From assembly GCA_025937785.1 (NCBI GenBank), contig JAICQQ010000018.1:3412-67411 (forward strand): a stretch of DNA of 64,000 nucleotides. Reading direction: 5' to 3'. Position numbers and translations under genes: made by a program. The stretch is from Polyangiaceae bacterium (GTDB lineage Bacteria > Myxococcota_A > Polyangia > Polyangiales > Polyangiaceae). Shown one piece after another: positions 43,777-51,844 of this stretch (position 1 is its first letter; each line of letters starts with the position of its first letter). The notes below the pieces were generated by a model, which saw nothing but the letters and a program-made list of their open reading frames with translations, was not told the origin of the DNA and ran no database searches.

Positions 43777-43799
43777 CGGTATCCGTTAACGGTATCCGT
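43777..43799. promoter_or_regulatory. candidate operator: direct repeat CGGTATCCGT-TAA-CGGTATCCGT containing the palindrome CCGTTAACGG, in the divergent Che promoter region
   Basis: Two perfect 10-bp repeats with a 3-bp spacer, read directly. They lie between the minus-strand Che operon start (43768/43729) and cheY (43966). Confidence 0.35.
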
Positions 43800-43965
43800 C
43801 ACTCTCGTGCAGCCCGGCAGGCGAAGCTCCAAAAGTCGAACTGGCGCGCGCCAGCGCATGGCGACTCGCTCGCGCGCGCATGAGGTTGGCACCCTAGAGC
43901 CTGCAGAACCAACTTCGTCGCTCTTCACGAAGGCGAAGGGGTGGCCGTTAACCGAGCCAGTAGCC

Positions 43966-44328
43966 ATGGCTCAGGTACTCGTAATCGACGACGATCCGCT
44001 GTTTGCTGCGCTGGTGAAGATTCGACTCACCGCGGCGGGGCACGAAGTCATGTACAACGAGGGCCCCTTCGGTGCGCTCACGGCAGCGCGACACGGAGCC
44101 TACGAGTTGATACTGATCGACGTTCAGATGCCAGGCATAGAGGGCCCTCAGCTCGTCGATTGCTTTCGAAGCAGGGGGAACCCCGGCTTGAGAATCGTCC
44201 TCATGAGCAGCTTACCCGAGCAACAAGTGATTGGGCTGGCGGCGAAGTCTGGCGCGGATGCTGCGTTCTGCAAGACCACCGGTCTCGAGAAGCTCGCGGG
44301 CATCGTCCAGTCGGTTCTCGACAATTGA
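43966..44328 (+). CDS. cheY: single-domain CheY-like response regulator
   Basis: MAQVLVIDDDP...LILIDVQMPGIEG...VLMSS...K. 120 aa. Divergent from the Che operon. Confidence 0.85.
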   Translation: MAQVLVIDDDPLFAALVKIRLTAAGHEVMYNEGPFGALTAARHGAYELILIDVQMPGIEGPQLVDCFRSRGNPGLRIVLMSSLPEQQVIGLAAKSGADAAFCKTTGLEKLAGIVQSVLDN

Positions 44329-44377
44329 GCTCTACGACGCACCTACCATCCTCGGTCAGGGTCCAACGAGACGTGCG

Positions 44378-45655
44378 ATGACTCTATCCACGATGTTGCA
44401 GAGCGCCATCACCAAGCGATTCGGACTGAGACCGAGACACGACTGGGCCAAGAGCATCGAGCAGGCCATCTCGCAGCTGGCGGACGAACGGCAGCTACCG
44501 CGTGCTCGAGTCGAACGTGACCTCCCCGACGATCCAAACCTGCTGCGCGCGGTCGCCGGCAAGCTCACCGTGGAGGAGACGTTCTTCTTCCGCTTTCCGG
44601 TACAGATCGAGCAGGTGGTCGACCACGTGGCTCAGCTCTTGCCCCATCGCCCCCGCGCAGCCGTCACGGTGTGGTCAGCAGGCTGCGCTTCTGGAGAAGA
44701 GCCGTATAGCGTGGCCATGGGGCTTCACGGGCGGCTGGGCGCATTGCCGGACAACCTAGCGATTGTCGGCTGCGACATCAGCGCGGTCGCCATCGAACGC
44801 GCGCGTCGTGGAATCTTCGGGAACTGGTCGTTCCGCGGGGTTTCCGAGCAGATTCGACAGCTCTACTTCGAAAGCTTGCCTGCCGACAAATCCCGCATCG
44901 CGGCGGTTTTTCGTAGCTCGGTGCGCTTCGAGCACCTCGCAATTCACGAGATGGCGCACAGGCTCGGACCGACCAGCGTCGATGTGGTGTTGTTCAGGAA
45001 CGTGGGTGTCTACTTCGATGAGGCTAGCCTCGCGCGCTGCTTCAAGCAGTATCATCGGGCGCTTGCCCCGGACGGTCTGTTGGTGTTGGCCGCCACCGAT
45101 CCGACGCCGCCACCGGAGTTGTTCAAGCGTGTGCGCTCGGATAGCATCGGAATTTATCGTCGCGCCGAGCAGTCCGAAGTCACGAAGTCCCGTACGAAGG
45201 CGCGCACGGTTCCGAGGCCAGCGCCCGATCCGGTCGGGAGGCGTGACGCTATCAGGACATTGCGACCACCACCGGTCGTCGAAGCCTTGGCGCTCGGTGA
45301 TCGCGGCCAGCTCAGCCAGGCGATCGAGGCGGCCGATCGGGCCGTAGCCGGGCACGTCGACGACCCTCACGGTTTCTTCGTGCGCGGGCAGCTGCTGCTG
45401 GCTAGCGGACAGCCGGTCGCGGCCATCGAAGACTTCAGGCGGGTCTTGTTTCTGCGAGCTGATGACAGGCTCGCTAGGTATTGGTACATCGTCGCTCTCC
45501 ATGGGGCACGCGAGGTGGGGCGCCTGGGACCCCAAATAGCCGAACTGCGCCGCCAGCTCGCCGGCGCTCTCGAGGACGAGATCTTGGAGGACGGACGCAC
45601 CTCGGCGAGCGAGTTACGCGCGGCTCTGATCACCTTCGAAGGGCTTTGCGAATAG
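44378..45655 (+). CDS. cheR: chemotaxis protein methyltransferase CheR with C-terminal TPR-like extension
   Basis: CheR N-domain, SAM site VTVWSAGCASGEEPYSVAM, VVLFRNVGVYF. The C-terminal ~130 aa are helical-repeat-like. Confidence 0.9.
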   Translation: MTLSTMLQSAITKRFGLRPRHDWAKSIEQAISQLADERQLPRARVERDLPDDPNLLRAVAGKLTVEETFFFRFPVQIEQVVDHVAQLLPHRPRAAVTVWSAGCASGEEPYSVAMGLHGRLGALPDNLAIVGCDISAVAIERARRGIFGNWSFRGVSEQIRQLYFESLPADKSRIAAVFRSSVRFEHLAIHEMAHRLGPTSVDVVLFRNVGVYFDEASLARCFKQYHRALAPDGLLVLAATDPTPPPELFKRVRSDSIGIYRRAEQSEVTKSRTKARTVPRPAPDPVGRRDAIRTLRPPPVVEALALGDRGQLSQAIEAADRAVAGHVDDPHGFFVRGQLLLASGQPVAAIEDFRRVLFLRADDRLARYWYIVALHGAREVGRLGPQIAELRRQLAGALEDEILEDGRTSASELRAALITFEGLCE

Positions 45656-45697
45656 CCTTGGAGACTCGGCGCGGCCTACCTCGTCGACTGAACGTAA

Positions 45698-47080
45698 TCA
45701 GTCGTCCTCGGGTCCCTTGCCGATCCAACCTCGGCGCCAGAAGTAGATCAGCATCACGGCGGCGATCGCCAGCATGATCACCAGCAGAGCCGGGTAAGCC
45801 CACGGCACCTTGAGCTCCGGGATGTGCTGGAAGTTCATGCCGTAGACGCCCGCCAGGAATGTCAGCGGAATGAAGATGCTGGTCATGACCGTCAACAGCT
45901 TCATGACCTCGTTCATGCGGTTGCTGCTGACGGACAGGTAGGTGTTGGTGAGCTCCCCCACGAGGTCGCGATACGATTCGATCACTTCGGCAATCTGTAC
46001 GGTGTGGTCGTGCACGTCGCGCAAGAACACCTTGGTTTCTTCCTGAATCAGCGGTGCCGGGTGGCGCAGCACCGCGGCGAGTGCCTCGCGCTGGGGCCAC
46101 ACGGCTCGCCGCAACAACAGCAGGTTACGCTTGTGGCGCTGGAGCTGTTTCAGGCGTGAGGCGGCGGGGCGCTCGATGATCTCGTCTTCGAGCGCCTCCA
46201 GCTCTTCGGCGATCCGCTCCAGCACTGGGTAGTACCCGTCGACCACGGTGTCGAGCAGCGCATAGGCGAGGTAGTCAGCGCCGAAGCGGCGCAACCGGCC
46301 CTCTGCCGGCTGTATGCGCTTTCGCACTGGCTTCAGCGGATCGTGATGGTTCTCGAGGAACGTCAGCACGAACCCGGCGCCCAGGACCACACTGAGCTGT
46401 TCCACGCTGAGGTCGCCGGCTTCGTCGAACGCCACCAGACGAAAGACGAACAGATACTGCAGCTCCTTCTCCTGATCGTGAAGCTGCTCGTAGACCTCCG
46501 CTTTGGGGCGCTGCGGAACATTGACCACGTCTTCCAGCGCGAGTGGGTGGACGCGAAAATGCGTGCCGATGCTCTGCAACAGGTCGACGTCCGCCAAGCC
46601 GCGCACGTCCAACCAGAGCTTGTCGTCCCCGCCAGGGCTGGGGAGCTCGTCCCCGTCTTCGAGAGCGTGCTCCAAGAGCCCCTGCAGGCCGAAGCGGATG
46701 ACGTGCACCTCCGTGGGCTCTGCCTCTTCGGACGCGGCCAGCGTTCCCGGGCTTGCACCCACGGGAGCACGGCGTTTTTTTCTGAAGAGCAACACTGACG
46801 GGCGGGAAGCGTACTCCAGCCGGCGGCGGGTCGGTATGGGCATCAACCCTGGCGGCGAGCCGGTAGGGGTATCGTCTCTCGCGGCGGATGCGGCTCCCTC
46901 TATGTCTGCCAGCAGGGCCGAAGCCGGCGGCCGAAGGCTGCGATCCCGCGGAGCAATTGCAGCCCGAGGATTCGTGTCGCCGTTCGCGGCGGGCGTGGAG
47001 CCACCCGTTGGCGAGCTGGTGCTGGTCGTGGCGCTGCTGGTGATCGCGAGGTCGCGCTTCACTGCTTCTGGATCGGGCAT
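45698..47080 (-). CDS. corA: CorA-family magnesium/cobalt transporter (with Ser/Thr/Pro-rich N-terminal extension)
   Basis: C-terminal FLAGVYGMNF (GMN motif) flanked by two TM helices. Cytoplasmic domain WLDVRGL..HPLALEDV. ATG 47080 keeps high third-position GC; ATG 46843 is a shorter alternative. The ORF part above 47080 is rejected. Confidence 0.8.
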   Translation of the reverse strand: MPDPEAVKRDLAITSSATTSTSSPTGGSTPAANGDTNPRAAIAPRDRSLRPPASALLADIEGAASAARDDTPTGSPPGLMPIPTRRRLEYASRPSVLLFRKKRRAPVGASPGTLAASEEAEPTEVHVIRFGLQGLLEHALEDGDELPSPGGDDKLWLDVRGLADVDLLQSIGTHFRVHPLALEDVVNVPQRPKAEVYEQLHDQEKELQYLFVFRLVAFDEAGDLSVEQLSVVLGAGFVLTFLENHHDPLKPVRKRIQPAEGRLRRFGADYLAYALLDTVVDGYYPVLERIAEELEALEDEIIERPAASRLKQLQRHKRNLLLLRRAVWPQREALAAVLRHPAPLIQEETKVFLRDVHDHTVQIAEVIESYRDLVGELTNTYLSVSSNRMNEVMKLLTVMTSIFIPLTFLAGVYGMNFQHIPELKVPWAYPALLVIMLAIAAVMLIYFWRRGWIGKGPEDD

Positions 47081-47429
47081 GGGCAACTGAAAGGACGCCA
47101 CCACCGGCGACGAAGCAGCCGACGGAACGCTGACAGTCCGAAGCTCGCCACGAATTGCTGGCGCAAGCGGGCACTCGCCACGATTCACGTTCGATGAAGC
47201 TGGGTCACCACGCTGACCCTCGTGGTACTCCACGGCTCTCGAGAATACCGAGACATTCAGATTGCTTCCGCCATGGACGATGGCATTCGGACCTCGTGAA
47301 CCGCCTCGAGGACGGCGTGCGTGGACTGTGAGCGAGCGTGGTCTCGACGTTCGTCGGCTAGCGAGGGTGGTCGCGTGCCGTCTCGTAGGGATTTGTGTCT
47401 GCGCTTGAATCAGGTACGCTTGCCGTGGG

Positions 47430-50400
47430 GTGTTCGACGACGACTTCGCCTTCCTAACCTCTCGCGGGGACACGATTCGCGTGCGCGTTGTCGGCGGGAG
47501 CACGGCAGCGTCCACGCGCGAGGACCGCGCCCGCGCCCGTGAAGCACTCCGAGAGCTGCGTCTCGGCATCTTGTGGAACTTCGGACCCGTACTGAGAGCG
47601 ATCGAACAACTGCATCGAGCGCTTCGCGGCAGGAGCACCGACTTTTCGTCGCTTCAACTGGATGCTGGTCTAGCGCGCGAAGCAACGTACTCGCAGCTCT
47701 TGAACGACATCGAGGAAGAGTTCGAGCTGGGCCGGCTCGTGGTCAGCGAGGGCGCGTTTCCGTTGCTGGAGGTTCCACCAGAGTTCGAGCTCGGCGTCCG
47801 GGAGCGCGCTCTGGACATCGAAGTCCCGCCGCCGCTGGCGCGGCGCGCGGAAGCCAACGAAAACCTGACTCTCTTCGACGTGCGCTTCGTGGACGAGGTC
47901 GGACAGCCCATTAGCGGCGTAGCCGTCGAGATAGAGGCCGGCGATCGCCTGGAAAAGTTGACGACCAACGGTGCCGGGGTGGCGCTGCTCGAAGATGTCA
48001 CGTCCATGTCGGCTTCGGTGCGTCTCGTCGACGTTGCAGCGCTCGAGGCCATCCTGGACCCGCGCTGGGAAACTGAGCGAAGCGGTTCGGCACCGAGCGG
48101 CGCCAACACCACTTCCGTGGTCTTCACCGGTGCCGGGCTTGGCGCCGTGTCCCTGAAACCAGCGGTGCCGAACACGGTGGTGATCCAGCCACCGCTAGGC
48201 AAGCTGTTCGTCGAGCTGTGGGACAAGAATGGCCGCGTCCTCCACGTTGGCCAGGACTACGAGATATCCGGTCCCGCCAGTCTTTCTGGAACCACCGACG
48301 AGCAAGGGCGATTGCTTCACGAAGAACTCTTGCCCGGCGACTACGAGCTCGCACTCTCGATCAAGCTCGACCCGGGCGACGGCAGCGAGGTCGTCGACAC
48401 GGAGACGGCCAAGCTGGTGGTGTTGGCACCCGCCGCCGCGGCTCCCCAGATACGCATGCTCGGGGTCGTGCCCCACGTCGAGATGGTTCGATTGCGCGGG
48501 ATGCTGTTCGACACCAACAAGTCTTTCTTGTTGCCGAGCGCCATCGAGCCGTTTCGGACGGTACGCGACTTCTACCGGCAGAGTAATCCGAGTGACCTCT
48601 TGATCGTCGGCCACACGAATGCCACTGGCGAACCTGACATCAACGATCCTTTGTCCGAAGAGCGCGCCGAGAGCGCACGCGCCTACTTGATGGACGACGT
48701 GGACGCGTGGCTCGGCAATTACGATCTCTCCGGTAGCAAACGCTGGGGTTCCCGCGAAGACGGCCTCATGCTCCGGTCGCTGCCCGACTTCGGCACGAAG
48801 GGCGAGGCTGAAGACAGCGTCACCTGGTTCCAAAGAACGCGCAGTCTCGGGGTCGACGGCGTGGCCGGGCCCGAGACTCGTCGCCAGCTCATCACCGAGT
48901 ACATGGCGCTCGACGGGAGCCCGTTCAGCGAAGAGCCCGATCTGGTCGTTCTCGTGCAGATCCACGGCGCCGGCGAAAACTTCCCGCTGAAGGACACGGG
49001 CTTCGAGCTCGACACCCAGGCCGCAGGGTCACATCCAGACGCGTTCGATCGGCGAGTCGAGTTCTTCTTCTTCGAACCCGAGTTCGGCATCTTGCCGGCA
49101 CCCGCTGCCCCCAACGGCAAAGAGTACCTCAATTGGCGTGAGCGCTCGGACCTGGATCTCGACCTGATCGCAGGTCAGGTGGCACCGACGGAGGCTACGG
49201 TGATCGAGGTGGAAGACGTCTTCTTCCGGACGGACAGCGCCGTGGTTCACCACAGCCTGAAGTGCGCGAGCGCTTTCGCGCTGGCGCTGATCTTCGCCGA
49301 TACGAAGCGGGATCACCGGCTCTTGATCGCCGGTCACACCGATACCCGTGCGCCAGATTCGTTCAACCAACCGCTCTCCGAAGAGCGCGCGGAAAACTCG
49401 CTGGCCGTGCTGGAGGGCAACCGCGCCCGCTTCGTCGAACTCAGCGAGGCGCGCAACAAGGTCGGCGATCACAAGCAGATCTTGCGGTTCTTGACGGAGC
49501 AGCTGGCCTTCGACTGCGACCCGAGTCAAATCGACGACAACGCCTTCACGGCGGTGGCTGCGGTCAAGCAGTTCCAGGAGCAGTACAACGCGAGGAGGGC
49601 CGCGCTCGGCGTCCCCGATGCGACCGAGATCGGCGTGGACGGCAGTGTCGGTCCAGAAACCTGGGGTGCTTTCTTCGACTGTTACGAGGCATTTCTTGCC
49701 GGGCAAGTCTCGTCGGCGAGCGATGTGCCGGGGCAACTGGAAGATCTGAAGGAGCTGCGCACGAGTCTCGCTTTCGTCGATGACGAGAAAAAGACCCTGG
49801 GGTTCGGCGAGCGCTTCCCTGAAGAGCGTCCGGGCGTCGACAACGTTGCGAGTGCTACGAATCGCAGGGTCGAGCTGTTGTTCTTCCCTGTAGACGACGT
49901 CCCGAACCTGGAGGGCTCACTCGACGACTCGGAGATCTACCTGCCGGGGCGCTTCAAAAAGCAACAGATCGACCCCTGCGAGGAGCCGCCGCCACCGCCA
50001 CCCCCACCGCCGCCGCCGGTCGGGGCCACGAAGGGAAAAATCTTCGTGCGCGTCGTGCAGGCCGACGGGAGCCGCGTTACCGACGTGGCAGTCTTCTTGT
50101 TCGATCGCCGGGTCGGGCGCTCGCAGATCGACTTCTCCGAGACGTCGACGGGTGAGGTCGATTTCGGAGAGCGTGATCCCGGCACCTACGAGGTCGACGT
50201 CTCGAAGGACGGCTTCCAGGGAAACTCTCAGGTCTTCGACGTCGTGGCGGGAGAAACCAGTGTCGTTACGGTGTTGGTCACGCGCATCGGACAGTCAGAA
50301 GAGGGACGCATCGTGACCGAAAACGTGACGACGGTGTTCAGGACGGTCGCGCGACAGGACGTCTCGCCGTTCGTGGGGCCGTTCTTCGTCGTGGGCCCCC

Positions 50401-50687
50401 CTTCGGTCGCGGGCGAATTCAGAAACCCCTCGGACTTTGGCCCCGTTCGCGACGCGCAGGCCAAACTCGAGCACGAGGCCGCGGTCGCAAACAGAATTGC
50501 CGAGCTGAAGGCCCAGAACGGCGACAACCTGATCCGGACGGAGCAGGTCCCTTTGAAGCCGGTCCTGCTCCAAGACTTCACGGTGGAGGACGAGAGAACC
50601 TCTCAAGAGCGGGTCGTGCGCGCCACCATCATCTTCACCGATAGCGTGACGAGCCGAACCGTTCTGATCAACACGTTAGCCAAATGA
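47430..50687 (+). CDS. large multidomain protein: two OmpA/MotB-like modules each interrupted by a PG_binding_1-like insert, poly-Pro linker, carboxypeptidase-regulatory-like beta-sandwich domains
   Basis: OmpA-like: MLFDTNKSFLLPSA..LLIVGHTNATGEPDINDPLSEERAESARAYL..FDRRVEFFFF, and FFRTDSAVV..LLIAGHTDTRAPDSFNQPLSEERAEN..NRRVELLFF. Inserts: SLGVDGVAGPETRRQL and EIGVDGSVGPETWGAF. 11 x Pro run. GKIFVRVVQADGS..DPGTYEVDVSKDGF. No N-terminal signal peptide visible. Confidence 0.75.
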   Translation: MFDDDFAFLTSRGDTIRVRVVGGSTAASTREDRARAREALRELRLGILWNFGPVLRAIEQLHRALRGRSTDFSSLQLDAGLAREATYSQLLNDIEEEFELGRLVVSEGAFPLLEVPPEFELGVRERALDIEVPPPLARRAEANENLTLFDVRFVDEVGQPISGVAVEIEAGDRLEKLTTNGAGVALLEDVTSMSASVRLVDVAALEAILDPRWETERSGSAPSGANTTSVVFTGAGLGAVSLKPAVPNTVVIQPPLGKLFVELWDKNGRVLHVGQDYEISGPASLSGTTDEQGRLLHEELLPGDYELALSIKLDPGDGSEVVDTETAKLVVLAPAAAAPQIRMLGVVPHVEMVRLRGMLFDTNKSFLLPSAIEPFRTVRDFYRQSNPSDLLIVGHTNATGEPDINDPLSEERAESARAYLMDDVDAWLGNYDLSGSKRWGSREDGLMLRSLPDFGTKGEAEDSVTWFQRTRSLGVDGVAGPETRRQLITEYMALDGSPFSEEPDLVVLVQIHGAGENFPLKDTGFELDTQAAGSHPDAFDRRVEFFFFEPEFGILPAPAAPNGKEYLNWRERSDLDLDLIAGQVAPTEATVIEVEDVFFRTDSAVVHHSLKCASAFALALIFADTKRDHRLLIAGHTDTRAPDSFNQPLSEERAENSLAVLEGNRARFVELSEARNKVGDHKQILRFLTEQLAFDCDPSQIDDNAFTAVAAVKQFQEQYNARRAALGVPDATEIGVDGSVGPETWGAFFDCYEAFLAGQVSSASDVPGQLEDLKELRTSLAFVDDEKKTLGFGERFPEERPGVDNVASATNRRVELLFFPVDDVPNLEGSLDDSEIYLPGRFKKQQIDPCEEPPPPPPPPPPPVGATKGKIFVRVVQADGSRVTDVAVFLFDRRVGRSQIDFSETSTGEVDFGERDPGTYEVDVSKDGFQGNSQVFDVVAGETSVVTVLVTRIGQSEEGRIVTENVTTVFRTVARQDVSPFVGPFFVVGPPSVAGEFRNPSDFGPVRDAQAKLEHEAAVANRIAELKAQNGDNLIRTEQVPLKPVLLQDFTVEDERTSQERVVRATIIFTDSVTSRTVLINTLAK

Positions 50688-51841
50688 CGGACGCTCCCTC
50701 AATTCGCAATCGCGGGGCCATTGCGGTATCGCTGCTCGCTGTCGTGCTGGCGGGGCTGTTGGACGTGACGGGACCAGGGGTTTTCATCCGCGACGCCGCG
50801 CTGCTACAGCACTACGCGTCCCTGCGCGCCACGCTGAGCACCATGGATCAGCTCGGTCTCGTGCTCGCGAGCGTCTTGACCAGCATGTTCTCGGTGCGTC
50901 CGCTCGCAGCGCTCTTCGGTGGCTGTTACGTGGCGCTGATGGCTCTTGGGGTGGTGGCCGGTTCACTGGCGTCGTGGATGCTCTCGGGGCTGGCCGCGGT
51001 CGGCGCCGCGCTCGGGCTCTGCGCGTGGGTGCAACTGATCCGGCACGCGCTCCTGCTGCCGCGCCAGCTTCGTCACGCAGTCGCCGTGCTAGCGCTGGCC
51101 GCTTCCAGTTTGATGACCGTCGGTACAGCGGGGCTCTTGACGCCGCTGCTCCTCGCGGGCCCCCCTGGGCTCGCCCTCGTCGTGAGTGGGGCCTCGGCGT
51201 TCGTCGTGGTACTCTCGCTCGCGTCTCTCCGTGCCCCAGAGCATCGATCGGTGCCCGCCGAGCATTCCTGGCTGCAGCCGGCGCTCGGTCTATTGGCGGT
51301 GAGCGTGGTGGTGTCGATCGCCGTGCTGGTGTTGACGGATAGCTTCGTCGACCCCCATGAGCTGCCGGCCGATAGGCCCTGGATCCAGGCGCTCGGCGCC
51401 GTCTTGGCGGAGCTTTTCCTGCTCGGTTCGTGCCTCTGGGTATTGCGACGGAAGCCAGAGACTCCCAGTCTGCGCTTGATGGCGCTGATCCTGGCCACCA
51501 GCGCGGTGCTCGCGCCTGCGGGTGCGCTGGTGTTGAACGCTCGTTGGGGTACAGCTCCGGGGTTGGTCGCCGCATTCGCCGGTGGCCTCGCGTCCGTCTG
51601 CGTCACGCTGCTCATGGTCGTGGCCGCGGCACGCGCGCCCGAGCGCTTCGTCGGAGCAGTAGTCGGCGCCTGGTTCGTGTCGGGAACCTTGACCTTCCGA
51701 ATCTCGAGCAGCCTGGTCGACGACGCCAGAACAAGCGGCGTGTTTACTGCCGGCGTGGCGCTGGTGGTGCCCTGCTTGTTCGGGGCGTGTGCTTGGGTCC
51801 TCATGAGGTTCAGCCGTTCTGCGAACGAAAGCGGTGGGTGA
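50684..51841 (+). CDS. polytopic membrane protein, hypothetical
   Basis: ATGA overlap with the upstream gene. About 10-11 hydrophobic helices. No recognisable motif. Confidence 0.65.
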   Translation: MTDAPSIRNRGAIAVSLLAVVLAGLLDVTGPGVFIRDAALLQHYASLRATLSTMDQLGLVLASVLTSMFSVRPLAALFGGCYVALMALGVVAGSLASWMLSGLAAVGAALGLCAWVQLIRHALLLPRQLRHAVAVLALAASSLMTVGTAGLLTPLLLAGPPGLALVVSGASAFVVVLSLASLRAPEHRSVPAEHSWLQPALGLLAVSVVVSIAVLVLTDSFVDPHELPADRPWIQALGAVLAELFLLGSCLWVLRRKPETPSLRLMALILATSAVLAPAGALVLNARWGTAPGLVAAFAGGLASVCVTLLMVVAAARAPERFVGAVVGAWFVSGTLTFRISSSLVDDARTSGVFTAGVALVVPCLFGACAWVLMRFSRSANESGG

Positions 51842-51844
51842 AGC

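Noticed and set aside
47081-47638. 5' extension of the CorA ORF to 646 aa
   Set aside because: The extension is Arg/Ser-rich, has no CorA similarity, and would overlap the start of the divergent 47430 gene. ATG 47080 (or 46843) is more plausible.
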